The notes under the pieces are model-generated. The model saw nothing but the letters and a program-made list of their open reading frames with translations. It had not been told where the DNA came from and ran no database searches. From NCBI GenBank assembly GCA_965223845.1, contig CBDCXR010000004.1, forward strand, positions 704,001-768,000: a DNA stretch of 64,000 nt. Direction: 5' to 3'. Origin of the DNA: Planctomycetota bacterium (GTDB lineage Bacteria; Planctomycetota; UBA8108; SXIK01). A program made the translations under genes and the position numbers. This document shows positions 1 to 9,783 of the stretch, piece after piece; position 1 is the stretch's first letter, and each line of letters begins with the position of its first letter.

Positions 1-1
1 C

Positions 2-1915
2 CTCGGCGCGAAGCCGATCGTGAGTACCGACGTTTTCTGCTTCGGCCCGCCAGATCTTTCGTACCGCGAGGTCCCGCCGGGAGCGCTCCATCCGCTCCGC
101 GTTCTCCGAGGCGTCGTCGGCGGCGTACGCGACTACGGCAATCGGATGGGAATCCCCACGGCGAGCGGCGCGGTCTATTTCGACGAGCGTTACGTCGGAA
201 ATCCGCTCGTCTTCTGCGGGAGCGTCGGCTGGATTCCGCGCGACGCGATCGAGAAGGAGGTTCGCCCCGGCGATCGCATCTACGTGCTCGGCGGACGAAC
301 GGGGCGGGATGGCATACACGGAGCGACGTTCTCTTCGGTCGAGCTCTCCGAGGAATCGGAGACCGTCTCGAGTGGCGCCGTGCAGATCGGCAACGCGATC
401 ACGGAGAAGAAGGTACTCGACGTCCTCCTCGAGGCGCGTGACCGCCGTCTCTTTCGCTCGGTGACCGACTGCGGCGCCGGGGGACTCTCTAGTGCAGTCG
501 GCGAGATGGGAGAGCTCACCGGCGCGCGCGTCGAGCTCGAGCGCGTCCCTCTCAAGTACGAGGGGCTCAGCTACTGGGAGATCTGGATCTCGGAAGCCCA
601 GGAGCGCATGGTCTTCGCCGTGCCGCCGGAGAACGCCGCGGCGCTCCGCGAGCTCTGCGCGAGCGAAGACGTCGAATGCACTGATATCGGCGAGTTTACG
701 TCGGATCGTCGACTCGTCCTCGAGTACGCGGGCGAGCGCGTCTGCGATCTCGATATGGCGTTCCTCCACGATGGGAGACCCGGATGGGCGCGGAAGTCGG
801 TCTATCGACCGGAGCGGGCAGCGGCGCGGTGGACGCCTCCCGCCGATCTCGGCGCCGCGCTCCGCGAGGTTCTCGCGTCGCCGAACGTGGCCTCGAAGGA
901 GTGGATCATCCGTCAGTACGATCACGAGGTCCAAGCCGGCAGCGTCGTGAAGCCGCTCGTCGGTGTCGACGAAGACGGGCCGGGCGACGGAGTCGTCTTC
1001 ACCCCGCGCCTCGGCGAGACGCGCGGGATTGCGATCGGCTGCGGCATGAATCCCTGCTACGGCGACCTCGACGCGTACCGGATGGCGCTGAGCGCGATCG
1101 ACGAGGCGATTAGGAATGTCGTCTCGGTCGGCGGCAATCCGCGACGGATCGCCCTCCTCGACAACTACTGTTGGGGGAACACGGATCGTCCGGAGACGCT
1201 CGGCTCGCTCGTCGAGGCGTCGCGGGGGTGCCTCGACGCCGCGGTGGCGTTCGGCACTCCGTTCATCTCGGGGAAGGACAGTCTCAACAACGAGTTTCGC
1301 GTCGGGGACGAGTCGATCTCGATTCCGCCGACGCTCCTCATTTCGTCGCTCGCGATCGTCGAGGACGCGCGGCGGTCGGTAACGATGGATCTCAAGAGCG
1401 CGGGGAACGCGCTCGTGCTCGTCGGAATCACTCGCGCGGAGCTCGGCGGGAGCCACCTCGTTCGCTGTCTGGGAGGCTCGGGCGGCGAGGTCCCCGACGT
1501 CGACCTCGAGACCGCTCCGCGTGTCCACGCTAGCGTCCACGCGGCGATCGAAGCTGGACTCGTACTCAGTTGCCACGATCTCTCCGAAGGCGGGCTCGCG
1601 GTAGCGGCCGCCGAAATGGCGTTCGCGGGCGACATCGGCGCGCGACTCGACCTCACCGCCGTTCCTTGCGCAGGCGCAGACGGTCTCGACGCGCCGACAC
1701 TCCTCTTCAGCGAGTCGAACTCGCGTTATCTCATCGAAGTTCGCTCCGGCGACGTCGCTGCGCTCCGCGAGGTCTTCGCGGGGCTTCCCTTTGCGGTCGT
1801 GGGCGAGACGGTCGCTGAGCCGAACTTTACGGTCGTCGGCGACAGCGGCGAGGAGATCGTCCGCGAAACCCTCGCGCAGCTGAAGTCGGACTGGCAGGGA
1901 ACGCTCGACTTCTGA
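2..1915 (+). CDS. purL: Phosphoribosylformylglycinamidine synthase subunit PurL (5'-truncated by window edge)
   Basis: Frame open from position 2 (LGAKPIVSTD...); PurL motifs DYGNRMGIP, GGRTGRDGIHGATFSS, DCGAGG, SEAQERM, QYDHEV, FISGKDSLNN, HDLSEGG; followed by purQ. Confidence 0.97.
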   Translation, partial: LGAKPIVSTDVFCFGPPDLSYREVPPGALHPLRVLRGVVGGVRDYGNRMGIPTASGAVYFDERYVGNPLVFCGSVGWIPRDAIEKEVRPGDRIYVLGGRTGRDGIHGATFSSVELSEESETVSSGAVQIGNAITEKKVLDVLLEARDRRLFRSVTDCGAGGLSSAVGEMGELTGARVELERVPLKYEGLSYWEIWISEAQERMVFAVPPENAAALRELCASEDVECTDIGEFTSDRRLVLEYAGERVCDLDMAFLHDGRPGWARKSVYRPERAAARWTPPADLGAALREVLASPNVASKEWIIRQYDHEVQAGSVVKPLVGVDEDGPGDGVVFTPRLGETRGIAIGCGMNPCYGDLDAYRMALSAIDEAIRNVVSVGGNPRRIALLDNYCWGNTDRPETLGSLVEASRGCLDAAVAFGTPFISGKDSLNNEFRVGDESISIPPTLLISSLAIVEDARRSVTMDLKSAGNALVLVGITRAELGGSHLVRCLGGSGGEVPDVDLETAPRVHASVHAAIEAGLVLSCHDLSEGGLAVAAAEMAFAGDIGARLDLTAVPCAGADGLDAPTLLFSESNSRYLIEVRSGDVAALREVFAGLPFAVVGETVAEPNFTVVGDSGEEIVRETLAQLKSDWQGTLDF

Positions 1916-1944
1916 CCCGGCTCTGAATTCGGATACGAATCGTC

Positions 1945-2793
1945 ATGACTCGAGTTTTGGTACTCCGCGCGGCGGGAACGAATTGCGACGTCGAGACGGC
2001 GTACGCCTTTCGGCTCGCCGGCGCAACGACCGAGATCCTCCACGCCGGCGCGCTCCTCCGCGGAGAGCGCGGACTCAGCGAGTTCGATGCGCTCGCGATC
2101 GCCGGCGGCTTTTCCTACGGAGACGACCTCGGCGCGGGCGTCGTCCTCGCCAATCAGCTCCGCACGCGTCTCCGCGACGACCTCGCCGAGTTCGTCGCGG
2201 CGGGGAAGCTCGTCATCGGGATCTGCAACGGCTTCCAGGTGCTCGTTCGTCTCGGCCTCCTCCCCGGCTGGGACGACGAGGAACGCAGCGTGTCGCTCGT
2301 CGTCAACGCCTCGGGGAAGTACGAGGATCGTTGGGTGCGGCTGCGCACGGAAGGCGAAGGCTGTCCGTTCCTCTCGAGCGCTGAGCTGCCCGCACCGCCC
2401 GTCTTGCGGCTCCCGGTCGCGCACAAGGAGGGTCGCTTCGCCGTTCGCGATGCGGCCGTACTCGAACGCCTTCGGGCGGGCGGACAGATCGCGCTCGTCT
2501 ACTGCGACGAGTCCGGCGAGCCGACCGATCTGTATCCCGCGAACCCGAACGGCTCCGCGAGTGCGATCGCCGGGATCACGAATCCCGCCGGGAATGTGTT
2601 CGGGTTGATGCCCCATCCGGAGAGGTTCCTCCGGTTCTTGAATGACCCGCAGTGGACGCGCCGAGCCTTCGCGCGAGGCGGCGTGCCGGATGACGAGGCG
2701 CGCGCCGGCGACGGCTACCCCCTGTTCGCGCGGGCGGTCGCGCACTGCGCGAAGCATAAAAACACGCGCGCAAGCGCCGATAATGTCTTGTGA
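1945..2793 (+). CDS. purQ: FGAM synthase glutaminase subunit PurQ
   Basis: GTNCD, GGFSYGD, GICNGFQ (nucleophile Cys), AHKEG, NPNGS, MPHPER (His-Glu of the triad). Confidence 0.97.
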   Translation: MTRVLVLRAAGTNCDVETAYAFRLAGATTEILHAGALLRGERGLSEFDALAIAGGFSYGDDLGAGVVLANQLRTRLRDDLAEFVAAGKLVIGICNGFQVLVRLGLLPGWDDEERSVSLVVNASGKYEDRWVRLRTEGEGCPFLSSAELPAPPVLRLPVAHKEGRFAVRDAAVLERLRAGGQIALVYCDESGEPTDLYPANPNGSASAIAGITNPAGNVFGLMPHPERFLRFLNDPQWTRRAFARGGVPDDEARAGDGYPLFARAVAHCAKHKNTRASADNVL

Positions 2794-2949
2794 TTCCCGG
2801 GCCCCGGAGCATATTGAGTGCTTGGCCGTACGGCGGGGCGAGCGTGGTCAACGGGACGCGCAGAGATCGGTAGCAGGAACGGACTTAGGCAAAGACAGCG
2901 CGCTGGGGAGCCGCGGCGCCGGAGTGGAGAGATCGCAGGAGGGAAGAGG

Positions 2950-5820
2950 ATGCTGGGACGGACGAGCAGAGTGATCCGGAGGCCGGCGGCGCGGGCGGGA
3001 AGACGATCCGCGTGGACGGTGCGTCGTCGGCGAGTCGAGGCGGGGTTTCTCGTTCTGGTCGGCGCGCTCCTTCTCTCCGTCGGCTGCGAGCAGTTTCAGC
3101 GGCGAGGTGACGACGACATCGTCCGAGCGGCTCGATTGGCCCCGGGAGCATCTCTCTCGATCGTTCGATCCGAGCTCGGCGCGCCGGTTCGGCGAATCGT
3201 GACCTCGGATCCGACCGTTCCCGTGCGCGTGGACATCGATCCGGACCTCCTCCAGATGGTCGATGTCGATCGCTTCGTCGTTTGGAAGCGCGCGTCGATG
3301 TCGTCGCCGTGGGAGCGCGTTCGCGAGATCGCCCCCGGCGCGTTCCCCGCGAAGGTCGAGTTTGGGACCGGAACGACGGGTCTCTCGGCGTCCGCCATTC
3401 TCTCGGCCGGGGGCGAGATCTTGATTCCGAAGCCCGACGACGATCCCGCGGTGTGGCTCGTCGTCGACGGCGAGCCGCCGACGCTTCTGTGGGTGAGCCC
3501 TGCGCCGGGAGCCCCGGTGCGTCGCGATCGAAACGGTCGCGTCGAGCTCGAGTGGCGCGTCACCGAGGCTCAGATCGGCGAGGCCGGATACCGACTCGAG
3601 TGGCGGCCGGACGCGACGTCCGCCTGGTCGCCCATCGATGAAGTCCCGCCGCGCGCGGGCCGCCAGGTGTACCGGTGGCGCCTTCCTCCGGGGATTCCGA
3701 GCGAGTTCGAGGTTCGCTTGAGCGCGACCGATCTCGCCGGACACTCGAGCGCCGTGACGGTCGAGATGCGGATGGGGCCCGGGACCATGGTCACGGCGCG
3801 GACCATCGGGCCTCCGGTTGCGCAGCTCGGCTCCGGCGTCGCGACGGACGGCAGCGCCGGGCTCGCTCGCACCGCGGGCGGACCGGGGGGAGAACTCTCC
3901 GCGGGCGTCGGGCGCGAGCCGGCCGACGCCGGTTCGCGACTCACCGTGAGTCCGATCGGACGTCCGATCGTCGCCGGCGGACAAGAGCTCGACGTGCGCT
4001 GGGAGTTCGAGTCGACGCTCGACGCAACCGCCGAAGCGACGATCGAGTGGAGTCGGGACGGCGGGGAGAACTGGGCCGTAGCGGGAACCGGGACACTCAG
4101 TGAAAAGAGCTTCCAGTGGGACGTTCCGTGCGAGGACGCCTCGGTCGTCCTTCTTCGTCTGCGCCTCTCCGGCGCGAATGGCGACGACGGTTTCGCCGCC
4201 GAGCTCGGAGAGTCGTTCGCCATCGACTGCACGCCTCCGAGCGTCCAGGTTGAAGGCGAGCTCGGGACGCTCGGCGGACAGTCGGTCATCGACCTCACGG
4301 CCGAGGACGGGAGCGGCTCGGGCCTCGAGGGCGTCACGGTGTGGCTTCGCTTCGACGAGACGGCGGCTTGGCGGAGCCTCGATCCCGCGAACGCGCAGAT
4401 CGAGTTCCAGGAAAGCGCCCGCGCCCGACTCACGCTCGATCTCCGTTCGATTCCGGAAGCGACGTACTTCATCTACCTTCAGGGCGTCGATGGCGTCGGC
4501 AATCACGCCGCGTTCCCCGGCCCGGAGACTCCGGCGATGGGGACGTTCGCTCTCGATCGCACCGCGCCGGATCTCGAGGCGCGACCGAGCCCGATCCCTC
4601 TCATCGCGGGAATCGAGTCCCACATCGGGTTGACGGCGGACTGGGAGGACATCGCCCCGCCGGTGATCCTCGAGGGTCGCGTCGGGGGCAGCGGGTGGAC
4701 CGAGATCGCACGCTGGACCTCCCTTCCCGCGCCGGACGCGCGGTACACGTGGACGGTACCGGCGGCGAGCGGCGAGCTCGCGCTGCGGGTCGTCGCGAAG
4801 GACGCGGTGGGGAACGCGACGACGAAGACTCTGCCCTCGGCTCAGATCGGCTCCGCGATTCAGCTCGTCGGTTTCGACGCGGCGACCGAGATCCGGGGGG
4901 GGAGCGCGCAGCCGGTCGCTTGGCGCGTCGACCCGCAGGTCCTCGGCTCGGCGGCCGAGCTTCGCATACGCGTCGATTTCCGCGCCGGCGTGGGGGCGCC
5001 GTGGGTGCCGGTCTGCGAGGATCAGGAGATCGCATCGCAGTGTCTCTGGGACGTGCCAGCCGACGGTGGGGACGAGTTCTCTCTCCGCGTCCGACTCCTT
5101 CGCGGTTCCGCGACCATTTCCGAAGCGATCGCGGGACCGATCAAGGTCCGAGCGGCGGCGTCCGCCAACGAGCCGGCGATCGCGGAGGAATCGCTGACCT
5201 TCTTTCACGCGGCTCGGAACGGCGTCGCGGAGTACCACGCGCTCCGGCGAGAGCTCGGGACCGGCGAGATCTCACCGACGGACCGCGATCGGCTCGATGA
5301 GCTCGGTCAAAAAGCGCGGCTCAACTTCCAGCGAGCGATCGAGCTCGACGGAAACAACTACTACGCGCTCTACGCCTACGCGCAGTATCTGAATCGCCGC
5401 GGCGGCGAAGATCCTCGACTCGTCGAGCGCATGCTCCTCCGCACGCTCGACATCAAGAAGGATCACTACTGGGCGCTCAACGATCTCGGCGCGTTCTACA
5501 TCCGCGCGGAGCGCTACGCCGAAGCGGAGTCGATGCTCGAGCGCGCGCTCAAGGCGAAGCCCTCGGTCGAAGTTCACTACAACTTGGCCCTCGCACAGTT
5601 CTATCAGTCGAAGATGACTCTCGCGCGAGCGAACTTCGAGAAGGCGCTCGCGGGGGAAAACGCGAAGCGCGTGCCCGCCGGCGAGGTGTACTACTACGTC
5701 GTGCACTCGCACCTGCAAGAGGGGAACGCCGCGTCCGCTCGCGCCGTTTTCAACGAGCGGGAGAGCTTGATCCCCGAGCCGGAGCGGACGGAGCTGCGCC
5801 AGAGTCTCGAGCTCGACTGA
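2950..5820 (+). CDS. Large putative lipoprotein with repeated Ig-like beta domains and C-terminal TPR repeats
   Basis: Basic N-region, hydrophobic stretch and lipobox LLLSVG-C; repeated D-x-x-G-[NH] ... D-x-T-[PA]-P motifs typical of bacterial Ig-like domains; Asp-box-like WSRDGGENW; TPR-like helices at the end (ALNDLGAFY...AESMLERALKAKP, VHYNLALAQF). Start uncertain (ATG 2950 chosen). Confidence 0.7.
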   Translation: MLGRTSRVIRRPAARAGRRSAWTVRRRRVEAGFLVLVGALLLSVGCEQFQRRGDDDIVRAARLAPGASLSIVRSELGAPVRRIVTSDPTVPVRVDIDPDLLQMVDVDRFVVWKRASMSSPWERVREIAPGAFPAKVEFGTGTTGLSASAILSAGGEILIPKPDDDPAVWLVVDGEPPTLLWVSPAPGAPVRRDRNGRVELEWRVTEAQIGEAGYRLEWRPDATSAWSPIDEVPPRAGRQVYRWRLPPGIPSEFEVRLSATDLAGHSSAVTVEMRMGPGTMVTARTIGPPVAQLGSGVATDGSAGLARTAGGPGGELSAGVGREPADAGSRLTVSPIGRPIVAGGQELDVRWEFESTLDATAEATIEWSRDGGENWAVAGTGTLSEKSFQWDVPCEDASVVLLRLRLSGANGDDGFAAELGESFAIDCTPPSVQVEGELGTLGGQSVIDLTAEDGSGSGLEGVTVWLRFDETAAWRSLDPANAQIEFQESARARLTLDLRSIPEATYFIYLQGVDGVGNHAAFPGPETPAMGTFALDRTAPDLEARPSPIPLIAGIESHIGLTADWEDIAPPVILEGRVGGSGWTEIARWTSLPAPDARYTWTVPAASGELALRVVAKDAVGNATTKTLPSAQIGSAIQLVGFDAATEIRGGSAQPVAWRVDPQVLGSAAELRIRVDFRAGVGAPWVPVCEDQEIASQCLWDVPADGGDEFSLRVRLLRGSATISEAIAGPIKVRAAASANEPAIAEESLTFFHAARNGVAEYHALRRELGTGEISPTDRDRLDELGQKARLNFQRAIELDGNNYYALYAYAQYLNRRGGEDPRLVERMLLRTLDIKKDHYWALNDLGAFYIRAERYAEAESMLERALKAKPSVEVHYNLALAQFYQSKMTLARANFEKALAGENAKRVPAGEVYYYVVHSHLQEGNAASARAVFNERESLIPEPERTELRQSLELD

Positions 5821-5991
5821 AGCACGCGGTCGAGCGTTCGAGCTCCGTGGCGGAGGAGCGAGTGCCGGTGCGAGGACCGGTCTTGCTTCCCGTGTTGTCG
5901 CGCAGCCGAATCCGTCCGACCGGATGGTTCCGCGGCGAGCACCGTGAGGCAGCGACCGGTGCGACGCCGCGGGAGGTGGAGGAACGGCGGG

Positions 5992-7728
5992 ATGGTGGAA
6001 AAACGGTGGTCGATCCCGAGTCTCGATGAAGCCCATGTGGATCGACTGCGCGCCGAGCTCGGGTGTTCGCGCCTTCTCGCCCGGCTACTCGTCCATCGCG
6101 GACTGACGGCGGCCGACAGTGCCGAGCGTTTCCTTCGGCCAAAGCTGACGCAGCTCCACGATCCCTTTCTCCTCCCGAATCTCGAGCTCGCGGTCGAACG
6201 CGTGCTCACGGCGATCCGCGGTCGCGAGAAGATTGCGATCGTCGGCGACTACGATGTCGACGGCTTGAGTTCGACGGCGCTCCTTCACTCCTATTTCGCG
6301 CAGATTCGGTTCCCCGTCCTGACGCGGATTCCGAATCGCCTCACCGAAGGCTACGGCATCAAGCCGGCGGTGGTTTACGAGCTCGCCGAGCAGGGTGTCG
6401 AACTCATCATCACGGTCGACAACGGCGTGAGTGCGAACGAAGCCGTCGCTGCCGCTCGCGCACGCGGCGTCGACGTCGTCGTTCTCGATCATCATCAACC
6501 ACCGGCAGTTCTTCCCGAGGCGGTTGCGATCGTCGATCCGTGGCTTCCGGGCAGCGAGTACCCGTTTTCCGATCTGGCGGGCGTCGGTGTCACGTTCAAG
6601 TTCGTGTGGGCGCTCTGTCAGCGATGGACACGGCAGACGAAGCTCTCGGATGAGTACCGCCGGTTCCTTCTCGAGTCGCTCGGGCTTGTTGCGCTCGGGA
6701 CGATCTCCGATGTCGTGCCGCTCCTCGGCGAGAATCGAGTGCTCGCCAAGTTTGGCCTGCGCGCGCTCGAGGAAACGTCGTCGCCCGGACTGCGCTGCCT
6801 CGTCGACCGTGCGCTGCGTCCGGGGGAGTCGCGCCTCGATGGCGCGCACGTCGGCTTCCGCATCGGGCCCGTGCTCAACGCCGCCGGCCGGCTCGGCCGG
6901 GCGGAGGCGGCGCTCGAGCTCCTCATGACGGACGATGCGAGTCGCGCGGCCGAGTTGACCGCCGAGTTGGGGCGCGAGAACGACCGCCGCCGGCGCATCG
7001 AAAAGCGCATCGCCGAAGAGGTCCGCGACCGAGTGAGGGAGAGCGTCGATCTCTCTTGCGCACGCGCCATCGTTCTCGGTTCGGAGGATTGGCACCCCGG
7101 CGTCATCGGAATCGTCGCGTCGCGCGCGGTGGACGAGTTCCACCGACCGACGCTCATCGTGTCCCTCGACGGCGCTCGCGGTCGCGGATCGGGTCGCTCG
7201 ATTCCCGGGGTCGACCTCGCGCGCGCACTCGACCGCTGCTCCGACGTGCTCGCCGGCCACGGCGGCCACGAGATGGCCGCGGGATTCGAAGTGGACCGCA
7301 CGCGTCTCGACGAGCTCCGCACCCGTCTCGAAGCGGCGATCGAGCTCGACCCGCTCGCCATGGTCCCCACCGTCGAGGCCGACCAATGTGTCGCACTCGA
7401 CGAGCTCGATGCGGCGAGCGTGCGTGAGGTCGAGCTTCTCGAGCCGTTCGGCGCGCAGAACGCCGAGCCGGTGTTTCAGCTCGACGGACTCGAGGTCGTC
7501 GGAACGCCGCGGGTCATGGGATCGACCGGCGACCATCTCTCCTTTCACGTGCGACAGGGCGACGTCTCGACGCGAGCGGTGGCGTTCGGCATGGGCGATT
7601 GGCAGGGACGACTCAGTCCCCGCCAGAGTCGGGTTTCACTCCTCGCCGCGCCTCGCCTTTCCACCTGGAATCGAGACACGCAGCTCGAGCTTCACGTCCG
7701 CGACATCCGCATGGTCGGCTCCCCGTAG
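5992..7728 (+). CDS. recJ: Single-stranded-DNA-specific exonuclease RecJ
   Basis: GDYDVDG, RLTEGYG, ITVDNG, LDHH, GTISDVVPLLGENR, LNAAGRL, HPGVIGIVASR, GSGRSI, GGHEMAAG, LEPFG. Confidence 0.97.
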   Translation: MVEKRWSIPSLDEAHVDRLRAELGCSRLLARLLVHRGLTAADSAERFLRPKLTQLHDPFLLPNLELAVERVLTAIRGREKIAIVGDYDVDGLSSTALLHSYFAQIRFPVLTRIPNRLTEGYGIKPAVVYELAEQGVELIITVDNGVSANEAVAAARARGVDVVVLDHHQPPAVLPEAVAIVDPWLPGSEYPFSDLAGVGVTFKFVWALCQRWTRQTKLSDEYRRFLLESLGLVALGTISDVVPLLGENRVLAKFGLRALEETSSPGLRCLVDRALRPGESRLDGAHVGFRIGPVLNAAGRLGRAEAALELLMTDDASRAAELTAELGRENDRRRRIEKRIAEEVRDRVRESVDLSCARAIVLGSEDWHPGVIGIVASRAVDEFHRPTLIVSLDGARGRGSGRSIPGVDLARALDRCSDVLAGHGGHEMAAGFEVDRTRLDELRTRLEAAIELDPLAMVPTVEADQCVALDELDAASVREVELLEPFGAQNAEPVFQLDGLEVVGTPRVMGSTGDHLSFHVRQGDVSTRAVAFGMGDWQGRLSPRQSRVSLLAAPRLSTWNRDTQLELHVRDIRMVGSP

Positions 7729-7951
7729 CCGCGCATCTCGGACGTTCTTCCCGGCCGGGAGGCCGGACCGACCCCGCCCGCGCGCCGCGAGAACGAATCG
7801 TTCCGCACTCGCCTCGACGCGGTAGCGTCGGCAACTTCCGCGAACGACGGCCCCCCTCCCGGTAATCCGCGCGTGTTTTGCCGCATTGTCGGGGCCGGGG
7901 TATGTTTCTTTGCACTTTCCCCCAGGAGAGAGCGTGTGGGCGGGAGCGAGC

Positions 7952-7982
7952 GACGAAAAGTGTCACACTGACGATAAGTGTC
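7952..7982. promoter_or_regulatory. Candidate enhancer (bEBP binding) site: 13-bp direct repeat GACGA(A/T)AAGTGTC x2
   Basis: gacgaaaagtgtc (7952-7964) and gacgataagtgtc (7970-7982), each a GAC-N7-GTC dyad, about 90-120 bp upstream of a sigma54 site. Confidence 0.5.
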
Positions 7983-8070
7983 GACACTCCCCGCGACGCG
8001 GGCTCCGTTTCGAACCTCGCACCAGTCGTAACCTTAGGCAGCGCCGCGTCAGTGGCATTCTGACCGTGCC

Positions 8071-8086
8071 TGGCACGCCCGTTGCC
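8071..8086 (+). promoter_or_regulatory. sigma54 (-24/-12) promoter of the pilin gene
   Basis: TGGCACGCCCGTTGC matches TGGCACG-N4-TTGC exactly, in an intergenic region 200 bp upstream of the pilin ATG. Confidence 0.8.
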
Positions 8087-8285
8087 GACTCCTCGGGCGG
8101 GGGGCACGAAGGGTCGACCTGAAGCCGGTCGACAAAGTCACACTTGTTCGAGCACTGAGAAAGGAGGTCGACCAGGCTTCAGAGAAAAAGAGGAGAACGT
8201 CGATCGGATAGGTACCGGTCGGCACACCAGGTCAGCGAAAGGTTTCGGTAGGTATTTTTCACACTCACGGGAGGTTTTCTCAGAG

Positions 8286-8708
8286 ATGAAGAGAGAACAA
8301 GGTTTTACCCTCATCGAGCTCATGATCGTCGTCGCCATCATCGCCATCATCGCGGCGATCGCGATTCCGAGTCTCCTCAACGCTCGTAAGGCCGGTAACG
8401 AAGCGTCGGCGATCAGCTCGCTCCGTACGCTCACGACGGTCAACGAGCAGTACCGCACGCGCTTCGGTTCGTACGCGAGCTCCCTCGCGAACCTCAGCGC
8501 CTCGAGCTACATCGACTCCGTGCTCGGAAGCGGCACGAAGTCGGGCTACACGTTCGGTTACGGCGGTGCGACGAACACGTGGGAGTCGACCTCCAACCCG
8601 ACGACCGTCGGTACGACCGGCGACCGTTCGTTCTACGCCAACCAGACCGGTGTCATTCGCGGTCAGGCTGGTGCCGGTGCGAGCTCCGCGAGTAACCCGA
8701 TCGACTAA
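8286..8708 (+). CDS. pilA: Type IVa major pilin (class III signal peptide), 140 aa
   Basis: MKREQG|FTLIELMIVVAIIAIIAAIAIP with E5; GGAGG SD at about 8270-8274; monocistronic with strong terminator. Confidence 0.9.
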   Translation: MKREQGFTLIELMIVVAIIAIIAAIAIPSLLNARKAGNEASAISSLRTLTTVNEQYRTRFGSYASSLANLSASSYIDSVLGSGTKSGYTFGYGGATNTWESTSNPTTVGTTGDRSFYANQTGVIRGQAGAGASSASNPID

Positions 8709-8748
8709 CCGTCGGTGTATTCGCTGTGCTCTCCCTGTGGAGAGCGCG

Positions 8749-8789
8749 AAAAGAGGCTGGCTCCACACGGAGTCAGCCTCTTTTTCTTT
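8749..8789 (+). terminator. Rho-independent terminator after pilin
   Basis: aaaagaggctggctcc-acac-ggagtcagcctctttt followed by a T-rich tail; preceded by a small hairpin gctctcc-ctgt-ggagagc (8728-8745). Confidence 0.9.
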
Positions 8790-8873
8790 GGCCGAGGTCT
8801 CGGCGACGCACGGGGGGAAGAGCCGCGGTCTCTCGGTACGGTGTCGTAGTAGAAACGGGTGAGAGCCGCGGGG

Positions 8874-8879
8874 TAGAAT
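8874..8879 (+). promoter_or_regulatory. -10 element TAGAAT, probable leaderless promoter of rpe
   Basis: ATG begins 7 nt after the last base of the hexamer; no SD visible. Confidence 0.55.
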
Positions 8880-8885
8880 TCCTTC

Positions 8886-9593
8886 ATGAAGCACCGCATC
8901 GCACCGTCGATTCTGGCCGCAGATTTCGCCGCCCTCGGAGATCAAGTCCGACGGGTGGCCGCGGCTGGCGCCGATGAGCTTCACGTCGACGTCATGGACG
9001 GGCACTTCGTGCCCAACCTCACCATGGGGCCGATCGTGGTGGAGGCGCTCGAGCGCACGGTCGAATTGCCGCTCGACGTGCATCTCATGATCACGAACCC
9101 CGGCGAGTACTTCGAACCGTTCGTTCGCGCCGGGGCCGATCACGTCACGTTTCACGTCGAAGTGACCGATGAGCCGGCCGCTCTGATTGCCGCACTCCGA
9201 AAGCTCGATGTCGGAGTCGGCATCGCCGTCAACCCGGAGACGCCCGTCGAAGCCGCGCTCGACGTCGCGCATCTCGTCGATCTCGTCCTCGTCATGACGG
9301 TGCATCCGGGATTCGGCGGCCAGCGCTTCCTCGGCGAGAACCTTGCGAAGGTGGAGACGCTCCGGCGGTGGGAACGGCAACACGGCGCCTCGTTCGACGT
9401 ACAGGTCGATGGCGGAATCGACGCGAGCACGATCGGCGAGGCGGCGCGTGCCGGCGCGAACGTGCACGTCGCCGGGAGTGCGATCTTCGGCCGCGAAGAC
9501 GCCGCCGACGGAGTCGCGGAACTGCGTTCGGCGCTCGACGGCGAGATCGGGAATCCAGCGAGCGAGGCGCCCGCGTCCGGTCGCAGCGCCTGA
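8886..9593 (+). CDS. rpe: Ribulose-phosphate 3-epimerase
   Basis: IAPSILAADF, HVDVMDGHFVPN, DVHLM, MTVHPGFGGQ, VDGGI, VAGSAIF. Confidence 0.97.
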   Translation: MKHRIAPSILAADFAALGDQVRRVAAAGADELHVDVMDGHFVPNLTMGPIVVEALERTVELPLDVHLMITNPGEYFEPFVRAGADHVTFHVEVTDEPAALIAALRKLDVGVGIAVNPETPVEAALDVAHLVDLVLVMTVHPGFGGQRFLGENLAKVETLRRWERQHGASFDVQVDGGIDASTIGEAARAGANVHVAGSAIFGREDAADGVAELRSALDGEIGNPASEAPASGRSA

Positions 9594-9783
9594 CGAGCGG
9601 CGGTCGGGACTTGCGACGACGGTCCGCTCGGCCGTGTCCCCCGGTTCCCTCGAGCTCCGCTCAATGGATATCGCGGGCGCGGCTTCGGTCCCGCGCGGAG
9701 CCGCCGCCGTTCTGATACAATCCCGGCCTCGGAGAAGCGCAGGGAGCGCTCAGCGAGAGCACCAAGCGGGTTGAGGAGCCAGC

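Noticed and set aside
8224-8256. CAGGTCAGCGAAAGG in the pilin leader resembling SRP RNA domain IV or a c-di-GMP riboswitch
   Set aside because: Lacks the SRP GGAA loop with AGCAG and the c-di-GMP GGCAAA/GCAAA core
8082-8285. 68-codon N-terminal extension of the pilin in the ORF track
   Set aside because: Its TTG lies inside the sigma54 -12 element; ATG 8286 has an SD and gives a normal 6-aa type IVa leader
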